A stretch of 64,000 nucleotides of DNA from Candidatus Magasanikiibacteriota bacterium. Its GTDB lineage: Bacteria > Patescibacteriota > Patescibacteriia > Magasanikbacterales > GWA2-37-8. Positions 19,525 through 28,910 of the stretch are shown here, in pieces. A program made the position numbers and the translations under genes. Each line of letters opens with the position of its first letter. Positions within the stretch are counted from its first letter, which is position 1. Location of the stretch: the NCBI GenBank assembly GCA_963840935.1, contig CAWJAS010000001.1:579834-643833 (forward strand), in the 5' to 3' direction. The notes beneath the pieces were generated by a model. It saw only the letters and a program-made list of their open reading frames with translations, searched no databases and was not told where the DNA came from.

Positions 19525-19891
19525 TTTTTTCTTCCCTCTTTATTATGCTGTGCATTGACCCGCCTCCATCCCCTTCCCACCGCGGGAAAATATGCCAATG
19601 AACATGGGGCACTACTTGACCCGCGACCGGTCTGTCATTCGCGCCCACATTGTATCCTTCGGGCTTCAAAATCTCTTGGACTCTTTGCATGGCGCTGTAA
19701 AGCCCCAAAGAAAAATTAGCCCAATCAATCGAATTGAATTCAGACATGTTTTCAAAATGTTTTTTTGGCACAACCACGGTGTGCCCTTTGGCGTGCGGAT
19801 AAATATCCAAAAAAGCAAGAACGTGTTCGTCTTCATAAACCTTGTGGCACGGAATTTCACCGGCAATAATTTTGCAAAATAAACAATCCAT
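19490..19891 (-). CDS. HIT family hydrolase
   Basis: The histidine triad 'HVHWHIFPR' is present. The start is at 'MDCLFCKII'. Confidence 0.8.
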   Translation of the reverse strand: MDCLFCKIIAGEIPCHKVYEDEHVLAFLDIYPHAKGHTVVVPKKHFENMSEFNSIDWANFSLGLYSAMQRVQEILKPEGYNVGANDRPVAGQVVPHVHWHIFPRWEGDGGGSMHSIIKREEKIDVAEIAKLFA

Positions 19892-19898
19892 AAAAAAA

Positions 19899-22052
19899 TT
19901 AATTAGTAAATTCTTTTGATAAAATTTTATCTTCAATAAGCAAATAGCATTTTTCGGCTCCGGTTAAATCTCGGGCTTGATTCCATAAATTTTCGTCATC
20001 ACTGCTATTTTTTATTTCATTATATAAAACCATGAGTTCGCTTTGTCCAAAATCTTTATCAATCGGGAAACCTCCGCCGATAACTTTTTTTGCCGACAAA
20101 GCTTCCAAAGCTAAAAGCGGATAGGTATCGGCGATAACGCAATAATTTTTCGAACCGTTAATTTCTTCCCAAATAATTCGCGCCGATTGATATTCGGTTT
20201 CACTCATTGATCGACTGGTTGGACCGAGCGAATATGATGACGCAATTCCAATGGAAAATATAAAAATAAAAAGCAAGGGGAAAAATGCTTTTTTTGTGAA
20301 CATTTTTTGAAGCCAGGCAAACATAAAGACAATGCCAAATACAGCGATTATTGGCTCGAGTCTTCGGCTGAGCAAATGACTGCCATCCAAAAAATATCGA
20401 CAAATTAAATAACCGACAATTACCCCGAGCGACAAAATAATAAATAACTTGTCATAACTCTCCCCTCTTTTTTTCATTTGGCGCGCTCCAAAAAAAATGG
20501 CGACAACGGCAAAAATCATCAAAACAACAATCCAGTATCTCCACTCCGTAAAACCGTTTGGCACAAATCCGTAAGTTGGCGCCTGATTAAAAAATATGTT
20601 GCCGGCTTCAATCAGGTGAGGCCTTGGACCATTCGCCAAATAAAAACCGCTAATATTTCCAACCAATTGTTTGGCCGATGAAAACAAGTTAATTTGAGAA
20701 TTTATTTTTGAATATCCGGCTACGATTTCAAGCAATGGGATTGCCAAAACAGAAAATATTAACAAGCCGGCAAGCATCCATTTCTTTAGTTTGTCTGAAT
20801 GATGTTTGTTTGAATACAAAATTTTCTCAACAATAATCCAACCAAGAGCAAATAAAATCAAATATAAACTATAACCAAAAAAAGAAATAAAAAATAATAA
20901 TGCCAAAGCGGGAATTTGAAAATTATTGGGCGATGAAATTCTTTTAATGAGTAACAACAAAATTATTAGGAAAAACAATAAGCCAAAATTAACAGGCAGT
21001 GAAAACGCGCCAGCCGAATGCAAAGCAAACGGCCATAATCCAAGCCATGCCAAAAATAATGACTTTCTTTTTCCAAAATTCAAGACAACACCAAGCTGAT
21101 ACAAAATTATGGGTAATATTATGCCGGCAATAATCGGTTGTAGCCAAGCGATTAATGCAATCAAATCAATACCGGTCGTTTGATTCACTGTGGAAACAAC
21201 TCCCCAGAATTGGCTGTAAGCAAAAAGGCCCGGATTAATCCGCTCAACCCAATTTCCTTCAGCCGAATAGTTCACAATTTCAACCGACCCGCTATTTTTC
21301 ACTTGCTCCAATATGGCCAAGTGCCTCCACCCATCCGCGCCCCAAAACAAATTACTGCTAAGAGGCAAATACGAGAGCATTGCCAAGTAAGCGATAATAA
21401 TTAAAACCAAAATTGATTTTATAGAAATTTTGGAAAAAATCAAAGCGCCCAAAATCAAAGTCGATAAAAAAAATAAATAAATATAATTTCCGGAAATTAT
21501 TTGCCACGGAGTAATAAGCGCGCCGTCAAACAACGATGATTTTGTCAAAAAATACAATCCGGAAATAATTAAAAAAAGAAAAATAACAATATAATATTTT
21601 TTGGGTTCCAAATCAACCGTCTCTTCTTCCATTTCTTTTATTTCTTCATTTTTTTGGCCTTCCACCTTCGGTTTTATTTCACCGGCCAAAACCGAAAATA
21701 ATCCTATCACCAAAAATATTAAGGCAATAATAACCGAATTTAAACGACCGAATAGAATAAATATTCCGGAAAGCGACCCGATAAATGCAAACGACAAAAA
21801 ACCGGCCAAAATTCGAGCGCAAATTTTATCGGTTAAATGGAAAATGCCGGCCAAAAACTTTTCAAATCCGATTGATGAAAAAAATAAAAACAAACCAAGC
21901 ACCATGAGTCCCAACCAGTTCAAATGCCAGAATTCGGCGTTAAAAAAAACCAAAAAAGAAACCAGGCAAAATATAATAATTTTTTTGTATAAGATATTAT
22001 TCATAAACTGAATTATACTGATAATTGACAATTTTGGCAAAGAATCGTACAT
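19899..22052 (-). CDS. large polytopic membrane protein (~14 TM) with C-terminal soluble domain; function unknown (possibly GT-C-like)
   Basis: Hydrophobicity pattern only. It is divergent from the CDP-alcohol phosphatidyltransferase gene. Confidence 0.4.
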   Translation of the reverse strand: MYDSLPKLSIISIIQFMNNILYKKIIIFCLVSFLVFFNAEFWHLNWLGLMVLGLFLFFSSIGFEKFLAGIFHLTDKICARILAGFLSFAFIGSLSGIFILFGRLNSVIIALIFLVIGLFSVLAGEIKPKVEGQKNEEIKEMEEETVDLEPKKYYIVIFLFLIISGLYFLTKSSLFDGALITPWQIISGNYIYLFFLSTLILGALIFSKISIKSILVLIIIAYLAMLSYLPLSSNLFWGADGWRHLAILEQVKNSGSVEIVNYSAEGNWVERINPGLFAYSQFWGVVSTVNQTTGIDLIALIAWLQPIIAGIILPIILYQLGVVLNFGKRKSLFLAWLGLWPFALHSAGAFSLPVNFGLLFFLIILLLLIKRISSPNNFQIPALALLFFISFFGYSLYLILFALGWIIVEKILYSNKHHSDKLKKWMLAGLLIFSVLAIPLLEIVAGYSKINSQINLFSSAKQLVGNISGFYLANGPRPHLIEAGNIFFNQAPTYGFVPNGFTEWRYWIVVLMIFAVVAIFFGARQMKKRGESYDKLFIILSLGVIVGYLICRYFLDGSHLLSRRLEPIIAVFGIVFMFAWLQKMFTKKAFFPLLFIFIFSIGIASSYSLGPTSRSMSETEYQSARIIWEEINGSKNYCVIADTYPLLALEALSAKKVIGGGFPIDKDFGQSELMVLYNEIKNSSDDENLWNQARDLTGAEKCYLLIEDKILSKEFTN

Positions 22053-22075
22053 TAATACAAAAAAAGGAGGGGGTA

Positions 22076-22723
22076 ATGGAAAAGCTCTTTAACAAAATAT
22101 ACAGACAGCTAAACCAATTCTTTGAAAAAAGATTGGCCAAATGGTTGCCCGATTTCATCACACCGAACATGGTCACCGTGTCACGCGTGTTTTTTGTCGG
22201 ACCGATAATTGGATTGCTTTTTGCCGGACAAACCGCATTGTCGGCCACGCTATTTATTTTTGCCTCGTTGCTTGATTATGTTGATGGAGCGCTGGCCAGG
22301 GGTCGCGGGGCCGAATCCGAACTGGGAAAGTTTCTTGACCCGATTTCGGACAAAATATTTTTTTGCGTTATTTCGATGATGGTTTCAGTGGCGATATTTT
22401 CAAACTCTCCCACGACAATCGCCACCATTTGTCTATTGGTGCATGTCAACTGCGCGGTCTGCGTTGAGCTTCTGCTCACTTGTGTCCGGATAATTGACTT
22501 TTGTCACAACCAAAATGAATGCGTAATAAATAACAAAAAGAATCTCAAAGCCGATTGGTCGGGCAAAATCAAATTCAATTTGCAGATGTTCGGCGCCGGC
22601 TTCGCGCTTATCGTCTACCCCGGGGACCCAAGCTCCCCCGTCATTTGGTTTGCTATTGCCTGTATCGCTCTTTCTCTGCCTTTTGCCACAATTTCTCTGG
22701 CGCGCAAAATTCACAGCAGATAA
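22076..22723 (+). CDS. CDP-alcohol phosphatidyltransferase (PgsA-like)
   Basis: The motif 'DYVDGALARGRGAESELGKFLDPISDK' (D-G-x2-A-R...G-x3-D-x3-D) is present. The RBS 'aaggagggg' lies 6 nt before the ATG. Confidence 0.7.
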   Translation: MEKLFNKIYRQLNQFFEKRLAKWLPDFITPNMVTVSRVFFVGPIIGLLFAGQTALSATLFIFASLLDYVDGALARGRGAESELGKFLDPISDKIFFCVISMMVSVAIFSNSPTTIATICLLVHVNCAVCVELLLTCVRIIDFCHNQNECVINNKKNLKADWSGKIKFNLQMFGAGFALIVYPGDPSSPVIWFAIACIALSLPFATISLARKIHSR

Positions 22724-22856
22724 ACACAAAAACCCCGATTTTCATTGGGGTTTTTAATTAACATTTTATTCACAAATTATAACTTGCCCGACTGCTCGGT
22801 ATTCGTTATTATACGGTTGCCTGAAAAGGACCTTTAAACCGCGAATCAAATTTTAT

Positions 22857-24326
22857 ATGTCTGATGATTCCCTAAACAAAGTACCGCCCCAAAGTTTGGA
22901 AGCCGAGATGTCTCTTCTCGGGTGTCTTTTGATTGATAAAGATGCCATTCTAAAAATCGCCGATATTATTATCGCGGAAGATTTTTACAAAATGGCGCAC
23001 GGAAAAATCTTTGAAACAATGATGGAATTGTATTCCAGAAACGAACCGGTTGATTTACTTACTCTAAACAATCGTTTGACTGAAAAAGGCCTGCTCGAAA
23101 ATGTTGGCGGAAAAACCTATTTGGTAAAACTGGCCAATTCCGTGGCCACCGCTTCGAATGTTGTGAATTACGCTCAAATCGTCAGAAGAAAATCTACCCG
23201 TCGACGATTGTTAACGGCCGCTCAAGAAATCAGCCGGCTCGGCTTTGAAGAAGAAGGCGAAATCGACAGCGTGCTTGATGAAGCGCAACGCCACCTCTTC
23301 GGCGTATCGCAAAATTACTTCAAACAATCATTCACGCCTATCCGCGGTGTTTTGGCTGAAGCGTTTGACAGAATCGATGAACTGCACAAGAACAAAGGAC
23401 AGCTTCGCGGATTGGCCAGCGGTTTTTCGGAACTCGACAGATTGCTAACCGGATTTCAAAAATCGGACTTAATAATTCTCGCCGCCCGTCCTTCGGTCGG
23501 TAAAACTTCATTGGCTCTTGATTTTGTCCGTCACGCCGGTTCAAAAATGAAAGTGCCGGTCGGTTTGTTTTCATTGGAAATGAGCAAAGAGCAGTTGGTT
23601 GACCGCCTGCTTTGCGCCGAAGCAAATATTGATTTGTGGCGCTTGCGCAGTGGTCGGCTTTCCGAAAGACCGGAAGACGGAGATTTTTCTCGCATCGGTC
23701 ATGCTATTGGTTCGCTTTCCGAAGCGCCAATTTTTATCGACGACACGCCAAATATAAATATCTTACAACTTCGCACCAAAGCTCGCCGACTTCAAATTGA
23801 ACACGGCCTGGGACTTATTGTGGTTGATTATTTGCAGTTAATGGACTCGCGACGAAGTTCCGAGAATCGCGTGCAAGAAGTGGCGGAAATCACCCGCGGG
23901 CTCAAAGGTATCGCCCGCGAATTGAATGTGCCGGTTATCGCCTTATCCCAGCTATCAAGAGTCGTCGAGCAATCCAAACCGGCCATCCCCAAACTTTCGC
24001 ATTTGCGTGAATCCGGTTCAATCGAGCAGGACGCTGATGTGGTTATGTTTATCTACCGCAAATCCCGCGATACAAATTACCGCGCCGAAGATATTCCGCC
24101 GGATGAAAAATACATTGCCGAATTGCGCATCGAAAAACACAGAAACGGCCCAACGGGTATGGTCAAATTATTTTTTCATGAAGCCTCGACTTCTTTCAGA
24201 AATTTGGACTCGCAAATGCGCCCGATTTCTTCACCGAATGTTTCGGAACCACAAAAATTGCGTCCAAAATCGGATTTTGAAAAAAAGCCCGATATAGCAA
24301 CAACACCGCCCACTCCGCCAATGTAG
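22857..24326 (+). CDS. dnaB: replicative DNA helicase DnaB
   Basis: The N-terminal 'PPQSLEAEMSLLGCLL' is followed by the Walker A 'GKTSLALD' and RecA-like motifs. Confidence 0.9.
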   Translation: MSDDSLNKVPPQSLEAEMSLLGCLLIDKDAILKIADIIIAEDFYKMAHGKIFETMMELYSRNEPVDLLTLNNRLTEKGLLENVGGKTYLVKLANSVATASNVVNYAQIVRRKSTRRRLLTAAQEISRLGFEEEGEIDSVLDEAQRHLFGVSQNYFKQSFTPIRGVLAEAFDRIDELHKNKGQLRGLASGFSELDRLLTGFQKSDLIILAARPSVGKTSLALDFVRHAGSKMKVPVGLFSLEMSKEQLVDRLLCAEANIDLWRLRSGRLSERPEDGDFSRIGHAIGSLSEAPIFIDDTPNINILQLRTKARRLQIEHGLGLIVVDYLQLMDSRRSSENRVQEVAEITRGLKGIARELNVPVIALSQLSRVVEQSKPAIPKLSHLRESGSIEQDADVVMFIYRKSRDTNYRAEDIPPDEKYIAELRIEKHRNGPTGMVKLFFHEASTSFRNLDSQMRPISSPNVSEPQKLRPKSDFEKKPDIATTPPTPPM

Positions 24327-24404
24327 GGAGTTGAAAATACTCGGTTGTTTTGATATAATCACTATTGTTCAAATCGTAAATTATCAGTTTGACATTTCCG
24401 GTTA

Positions 24405-24535
24405 TCATTACCTTTCGCAAACAGCGTCGGTCGGCTCCTGCGGCCGACCGCGCTTCTCGCTCACCACACGGCTCCTTCGGAGACCGAGCCCGTGTGGCTC
24501 CGCGACGTTGCTCAAGATAATAATAACCGGAAAAA
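24405..24535. other. GC-rich structured element (nested hairpins incl. cUUCGg loop) in AT-rich spacer; candidate small ncRNA or REP-like repeat
   Basis: Two hairpins are visible: 'ggtcggctcctgcggccgacc' and 'ccacacggctccttcggagaccgagcccgtgtgg'. The element lies just upstream of ybaB-recR. Confidence 0.3.
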
Positions 24536-24584
24536 AATCACACTAATTTGACATTTGACATTTTTATTTTTTAATTTTTATTAT

Positions 24585-24887
24585 ATGTCTGTTTTCTCAA
24601 AACTCAAACAATTCAAAGACCTACGCGAACAAGGCAAGCAATTGCAAAGCACTTTGAGCAAAGAATCGACCACAGCCGAATCGGCTTTTGGCAAAGTAAA
24701 AGTTACCATGGACGGCACGCTCAGTATAAAAAATGTCGAGATTGACAAAGAACTTTTAAGTCCTGACAAAAAAGAAAAACTTCAAGACGCAATCAGAGAC
24801 GCGCAAAATGACGCGCTCAAAAAAATGCAAAGAATAGCCGCCACAAAAATGCAGGAAAGCGGTTATGAACTTCCGGGTTTAAAATAA
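24585..24887 (+). CDS. ybaB: YbaB/EbfC nucleoid-associated protein
   Basis: 'MSVFSKLKQFKDLREQGKQLQ...' is YbaB-like, and the gene is followed by recR. Confidence 0.82.
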   Translation: MSVFSKLKQFKDLREQGKQLQSTLSKESTTAESAFGKVKVTMDGTLSIKNVEIDKELLSPDKKEKLQDAIRDAQNDALKKMQRIAATKMQESGYELPGLK

Positions 24888-24937
24888 TTTATGTATAACG
24901 CGCCAATTAATCCCGATGAATAATCGGGACGCAGGCC

Positions 24938-25543
24938 ATGTGGGCTATGTACGCAAATCCGATTAATAACCTTATAACGAATCTCAAAAAACTGCCCTCA
25001 GTCGGTCAAAAAACGGCTGAGCGTTTTGTTTTTCATTGGCTGGCTTCCGGAAAAAAGGAAGTCAACGATTTAAAAAACGCGCTTGATGAACTTTTGACCA
25101 AGGTCAAAAGCTGTGAAATCTGCTGGAACTTCGCTACCAACTCCCCGTGCCCCATTTGCGCGAACCCGGCGCGCGATAAAACGCTTGTTTGCGTTGTGGC
25201 TGAAGTGGCCGACATCGCTTCCATAGAAAAAACTGATGAGTTCAAAGGGGTCTATCATGTTCTGCGCGGTTTGATTGATTTTGCCGATGAAGAACCTGAT
25301 TTTGAAAAAATAAAAGTAAATGATTTATTATCCCGCGTTAAAAAATCAAAAATTGAGGAAATTATCTTGGCGCTTAATCCTGATTTGGCCGGCGAAACAA
25401 TGGCCATGTATCTTGAAAAAGAAATAAAAAATATCTCGCCAAAAATAAAAATCACACGGCTGGCGCGCGGACTGCCTTTGGGCTCGGACTTGCAATACGC
25501 CGATGAGATGACTCTTGGCAGTGCCATAAAGAATAGAAAATAA
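24938..25543 (+). CDS. recR: recombination protein RecR
   Basis: The HhH 'LKKLPSVGQKTAERF', a C4 zinc finger 'CEICWN...CPIC' and a Toprim domain are present. Confidence 0.9.
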   Translation: MWAMYANPINNLITNLKKLPSVGQKTAERFVFHWLASGKKEVNDLKNALDELLTKVKSCEICWNFATNSPCPICANPARDKTLVCVVAEVADIASIEKTDEFKGVYHVLRGLIDFADEEPDFEKIKVNDLLSRVKKSKIEEIILALNPDLAGETMAMYLEKEIKNISPKIKITRLARGLPLGSDLQYADEMTLGSAIKNRK

Positions 25544-25587
25544 AACCCGTCAGTTACTACTGGCGGGTTATTTATTTTGGCGTTATT

Positions 25588-25899
25588 TTATTTTTCGGAA
25601 ATTTTCACTTTGGTAAATTTTTGTCTGTGTCCGTGCACTTTGTGATATCTTACTTTTCTTTTGAATTTCTCCACCATTATCTTTTTACTTCTTCCTTGTT
25701 TAATCACGCTCGCCTCAATCGTGACTCCATCCAAATACGGCGCGCCGATTTTAACGTTTGTGCCGTCATCGCTCGCCGTGAGTAACACTTTGTCAAAAAC
25801 AACTTTGTCGCCTTCATTAAAAGCCAATTTCTCAATTTTGAGAGATTCATTATTTTTTACCAGATACTGTTTGCCTCCGGTCTCGATAACTGCGTACAT
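25588..25899 (-). CDS. rplU: 50S ribosomal protein L21
   Basis: 'MYAVIETGGKQYLVKNNESL' matches L21. The start is at an internal ATG; the ORF-track start is TTG. Confidence 0.85.
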   Translation of the reverse strand: MYAVIETGGKQYLVKNNESLKIEKLAFNEGDKVVFDKVLLTASDDGTNVKIGAPYLDGVTIEASVIKQGRSKKIMVEKFKRKVRYHKVHGHRQKFTKVKISEK

Positions 25900-25967
25900 A
25901 AAGTTTATGTTTAATATTAATTTCGCACTATATTTTAACAAAAATTACTAAATTAGTCAAGCGCCGG

Positions 25968-26441
25968 CTACAATTTAACCGTGTCCCCTATTTTTACATT
26001 ATGTTTTTCGACAAAACCGGCCGGTAATTCAATAACATGCGTGGCGGACATTCTTGGGCGATAACGAGTTAATTCCGCCTCCGGAACACCTTTTTCCGGC
26101 GCCAAATTGGGCGCTATTTCAACAATCTCGCCATTCTTTACCCAAATAATATCAATCGGGTAATCCATGTCGCGCATGACAAAAGTGTAATAATCAGGGG
26201 TTGCAAAAACAAATAGCATGCCTTGTTTCTTGTCGGTCAAATTCGTTCCGCTCAGCCCCTTGAATCTTAACGCCGGAGTATCAGCCACCATCACGGTTAG
26301 AACTTCACCAGCAATTTCAATATTTTGCATCGGCCGAACAAGCCAACCGTAAATTTTTAAACACAAAAAAAGTAAAATAATTATTCCAAAAGCAATCAAG
26401 TGCCATTTTTTTAATTTTGTTTTTTGTTTTTTTTCAAACAT
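25968..26441 (-). CDS. DUF192 domain protein with N-terminal TM anchor
   Basis: 'GLSGTNLTDKKQGMLFVF...YPIDIIWV' is DUF192-like. Confidence 0.55.
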   Translation of the reverse strand: MFEKKQKTKLKKWHLIAFGIIILLFLCLKIYGWLVRPMQNIEIAGEVLTVMVADTPALRFKGLSGTNLTDKKQGMLFVFATPDYYTFVMRDMDYPIDIIWVKNGEIVEIAPNLAPEKGVPEAELTRYRPRMSATHVIELPAGFVEKHNVKIGDTVKL

Positions 26442-26444
26442 ATT

Positions 26445-27506
26445 TTATGTTTTTTCTTCGCGACGGCCAAGCCAAAAACCAAAAATTATCATAGCCATGG
26501 TTAAAAAAATCAGGGCAATGAGCTTGCCGTTGCTTTTTAAATAAAGAGTGGTTATGCCAAACAAAAAAGCGATCAAATACAGCAATACTACCGCCTGAAC
26601 ATGAGTCATTCCCAAATCAAGCAATCGATAATGCAAATGCCTTCGGTCGCCGGAAAAGACGGGCTGGCCGGTTCTGACGCGCAAATAAATAACGCGCGCC
26701 AAATCCAAAATGGGCACGGCCAAAACCAAAAGGGCGGTGGCGATTTTTCCTCCGGCAATTATGGCCAAAACGCCAAGCATAAAACCAACAAATAATCCGC
26801 CGGCTTCTCCCAAAAAAATTCTGGCCGGATAAAAATTCAAAACCAAAAAACCGGCGCAGACTCCGGCCAAAACCAGTGATATTGTGGAAATGTCCGCTTG
26901 ATAAAACTGCCCTGATGAAGTTAAAAAATAAATCATGAGGGCGCCAATAAGCACAATCCCCGTGGCAAGCCCATCCAAACCATCCAAAATTTTTACAGTA
27001 TAGGTCATGCCAAAAATCCAGAAAAAAACAAAAATATTGGCAAGTACCAAAAAATTACCGATGACTATGGCGTCCAAGGGAATTACTCCACCAAAAGGAT
27101 TGGTGATAGCCGTCAATTGAGTTCCCCCGATAATTACACAAAGTGCCGAGAGCGCTGTGGCAAAAAGACGCCAAAAAGGAGAAATTTTATATTTATCATC
27201 AATGAGTCCGGTAACAAGCAAAATTAAACTGCCAAAAAAAACACCGATCAAGCTGGCGTTTGGCAAATGCTTGTGATTGATTTGGGCTACAAAAATCAAA
27301 AAAAACACCATTATCCAAAATGCCAAAAAAATACCCAAACCGCCCAAAAGCGGAACCGGTCCGTTGTGACGTTTACGGCTATTATCCGGAATGTCAAGAA
27401 TTGTATTTTTTATAGCCAATCGCCTGACGAGTAGTGTCAGAATGAGAGAAATTGTGGCTGAAGCCAAGAAAATAAGCATATTGTGCCTAAATTTTATCAA
27501 ATCCAA
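26445..27506 (-). CDS. MraY/WecA-family polyprenyl-phosphate sugar-1-phosphate transferase
   Basis: The protein has about 10 TM helices, and 'DDKYKISPFWRLF...GLDGLA' is an MraY/WecA-like motif. Confidence 0.7.
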   Translation of the reverse strand: MDLIKFRHNMLIFLASATISLILTLLVRRLAIKNTILDIPDNSRKRHNGPVPLLGGLGIFLAFWIMVFFLIFVAQINHKHLPNASLIGVFFGSLILLVTGLIDDKYKISPFWRLFATALSALCVIIGGTQLTAITNPFGGVIPLDAIVIGNFLVLANIFVFFWIFGMTYTVKILDGLDGLATGIVLIGALMIYFLTSSGQFYQADISTISLVLAGVCAGFLVLNFYPARIFLGEAGGLFVGFMLGVLAIIAGGKIATALLVLAVPILDLARVIYLRVRTGQPVFSGDRRHLHYRLLDLGMTHVQAVVLLYLIAFLFGITTLYLKSNGKLIALIFLTMAMIIFGFWLGRREEKT

Positions 27507-27512
27507 ACCCTC

Positions 27513-27541
27513 TTGACAAGACAGTAAAATTATAATATCAT
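27513..27541 (+). promoter_or_regulatory. sigma70-like promoter for rpmA (TTGACA-17-TATCAT)
   Basis: The -35 box is at 27513-27518 and the -10 box at 27536-27541. Confidence 0.4.
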
Positions 27542-27578
27542 ATTACCACCTAACTTTTATTAGAAATTATTATCCAAT

Positions 27579-27857
27579 ATGTCACATAAGAAAGCCGGCG
27601 GCTCCACACGGCTCGGCCGAGATTCACAATCCAAACGATTGGGTGTCAAAAAACACGATGGTGAAACCGTTAAACCGGGCATGATTATTATTAAGCAACG
27701 GGGCACCAGAGTCCACCCGGGCAAAAATGTTAAGCGCGGAAATGACGATACTCTTTTTTCCATTGCCGATGGCAAAGTAAAGTTCGAAAGCAAAAAAAGA
27801 AAACGCTTTGACGGCACTCTAAAAATGGCAAAATTTGTCAGCGTAGTGAACGCCTAA
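27579..27857 (+). CDS. rpmA: 50S ribosomal protein L27
   Basis: '[29 protein letters not shown]' matches L27. Confidence 0.9.
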   Translation: MSHKKAGGSTRLGRDSQSKRLGVKKHDGETVKPGMIIIKQRGTRVHPGKNVKRGNDDTLFSIADGKVKFESKKRKRFDGTLKMAKFVSVVNA

Positions 27858-27870
27858 AAAATCAATTCAA

Positions 27871-27900
27871 AAAACGCCGGTAAAAAACGGCGTTTTTTTA
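27871..27900 (+). terminator. rho-independent terminator after rpmA
   Basis: 'aaaacgccg-gtaaaaaa-cggcgtttt' is followed by a T-run. Confidence 0.65.
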
Positions 27901-27901
27901 T

Positions 27902-27945
27902 ACTCCCTCCTCTTGATAAGAGGAGGGCTGGGGTGGAGTCAGTGG
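27902..27945 (+). repeat. palindromic repeat copy A (cc(c)tcttgataagagg hairpin + ...ggagtc)
   Basis: The sequence is 'actccctcctcttgataagaggagggctggggtggagtcagtgg'. It is a direct copy of repeat B and is inverted relative to repeat C. Confidence 0.8.
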
Positions 27946-27951
27946 TAAACA

Positions 27952-27980
27952 TTGACAATTCCTACCAAAAATGATACTCT
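27952..27980 (+). promoter_or_regulatory. sigma70-like promoter with extended -10 (TTGACA-17-TGaTACTCT) for the HD gene
   Basis: The -35 box is at 27952-27957, with a TG at 27972-27973. Confidence 0.4.
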
Positions 27981-28026
27981 AATCAATCAGGTTCTTTAAC
28001 AAGCAACAACCAAAAAGGAGGGATTT

Positions 28027-28779
28027 GTGAACATACACGAGGTGCGTTCGACACGCGAAGTCGAGCAGTTTGTGACCGATGAATTTACGGCTCACAATTT
28101 TGACGTTGATTTGATTCACGGACTCAGGCATCTCCGTCGCGTTCGGGCCGAGTATGAAAATATTCGCCTGATGTGCGCGGACATGCTGGAACCCGAGCTG
28201 GTCAAGTGCTTGGGTGTGGCGGTGGCTGTCCATGACCTGGGCAGGATTCGCGAAGGCAACCACGCGGAAAATTCCGCGGAAATGTTTCGCTCCATGCCAA
28301 TCGAGGACCTGACGGCGGATGAAATCGAGGCAATCTACTACGCCGTCAAATACCACAATCGCGGGCTGGAATCACTCGGCATCGATAAGGCCGAAACATT
28401 CCAAGACAAGCTTTTGGGACTTTTGTGCCTTTGCGACCATGCCGACGCCGCGAGTACCGAAGGAGCGGCTCGTGCCGCTCTGCACATGGCGAACGTCAAG
28501 GCGCCGATCCTGTCCACTCGATTCTCGGCCGACCACCTGCGCGCCATAATGGTTCAAGGCGCTTCCCCGAGCATGATGAACGACTACAAGAACGACAGCT
28601 TGGTGGCGCACTGGGCGTACAACTACTTCGCCGACTTCTCCATCTGTTGCCCAATATTGCACCTTTTGAACACGCGATATTACGACGAGTGCCACGCCCC
28701 AAACGTGGTCATGTACCGCGCCCTCATCGAACCGCTTCTGATACTGCAAGAAGCGACCGATGAAGTCGCTTCCTTGTAA
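28027..28779 (+). CDS. HD-domain phosphohydrolase-like protein, GC-rich (compositionally foreign)
   Basis: It has a GTG start with the RBS 'aaggaggg', and the H...HD motif 'IHGLRHL...VAVAVHDLGRI'. The codon usage is strikingly GC-rich compared with its neighbours. Confidence 0.6.
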   Translation: MNIHEVRSTREVEQFVTDEFTAHNFDVDLIHGLRHLRRVRAEYENIRLMCADMLEPELVKCLGVAVAVHDLGRIREGNHAENSAEMFRSMPIEDLTADEIEAIYYAVKYHNRGLESLGIDKAETFQDKLLGLLCLCDHADAASTEGAARAALHMANVKAPILSTRFSADHLRAIMVQGASPSMMNDYKNDSLVAHWAYNYFADFSICCPILHLLNTRYYDECHAPNVVMYRALIEPLLILQEATDEVASL

Positions 28780-28806
28780 ATCGCACCTTGGTTGTTTCTT
28801 ATTATG

Positions 28807-28838
28807 CCCCGCGCCAAAAACGCGGGGCTTTTCTTTTG
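28807..28838 (+). terminator. rho-independent terminator after HD gene
   Basis: 'ccccgcg-ccaaaaa-cgcgggg' is followed by 'cttttcttttg'. Confidence 0.6.
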
Positions 28839-28869
28839 TCATTGCGAGGATGTTTTGGAGAGTCAACGT

Positions 28870-28910
28870 TTTCCCCCTCTTGATAAGAGGGGGCTGAGGG
28901 GGAGTCTACA
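28870..28910 (+). repeat. palindromic repeat copy B
   Basis: The sequence is 'ttccccctcttgataagagggggctgagggggagtctacac'. It overlaps the stop of the galE-like gene. Confidence 0.8.

Noticed and set aside
19081-19719. 212-aa plus-strand ORF antisense to the VirD4-like ATPase and HIT genes
   Set aside because: It has no motifs and overlaps two well-supported minus-strand genes.
27979-28866. Several minus-strand ORFs (27979-28356, 28338-28547, 28372-28866, 28496-28702) overlapping the HD gene
   Set aside because: These are typical spurious antisense ORFs in a GC-rich segment. They have no motifs and are Arg/Ala-rich junk translations.
27902-28910. Integron attC / gene cassette interpretation of the palindromic repeats
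   Set aside because: The repeats lack the RYYYAAC / GTTRRRY core sites of attC elements, and no intI gene is in the window.
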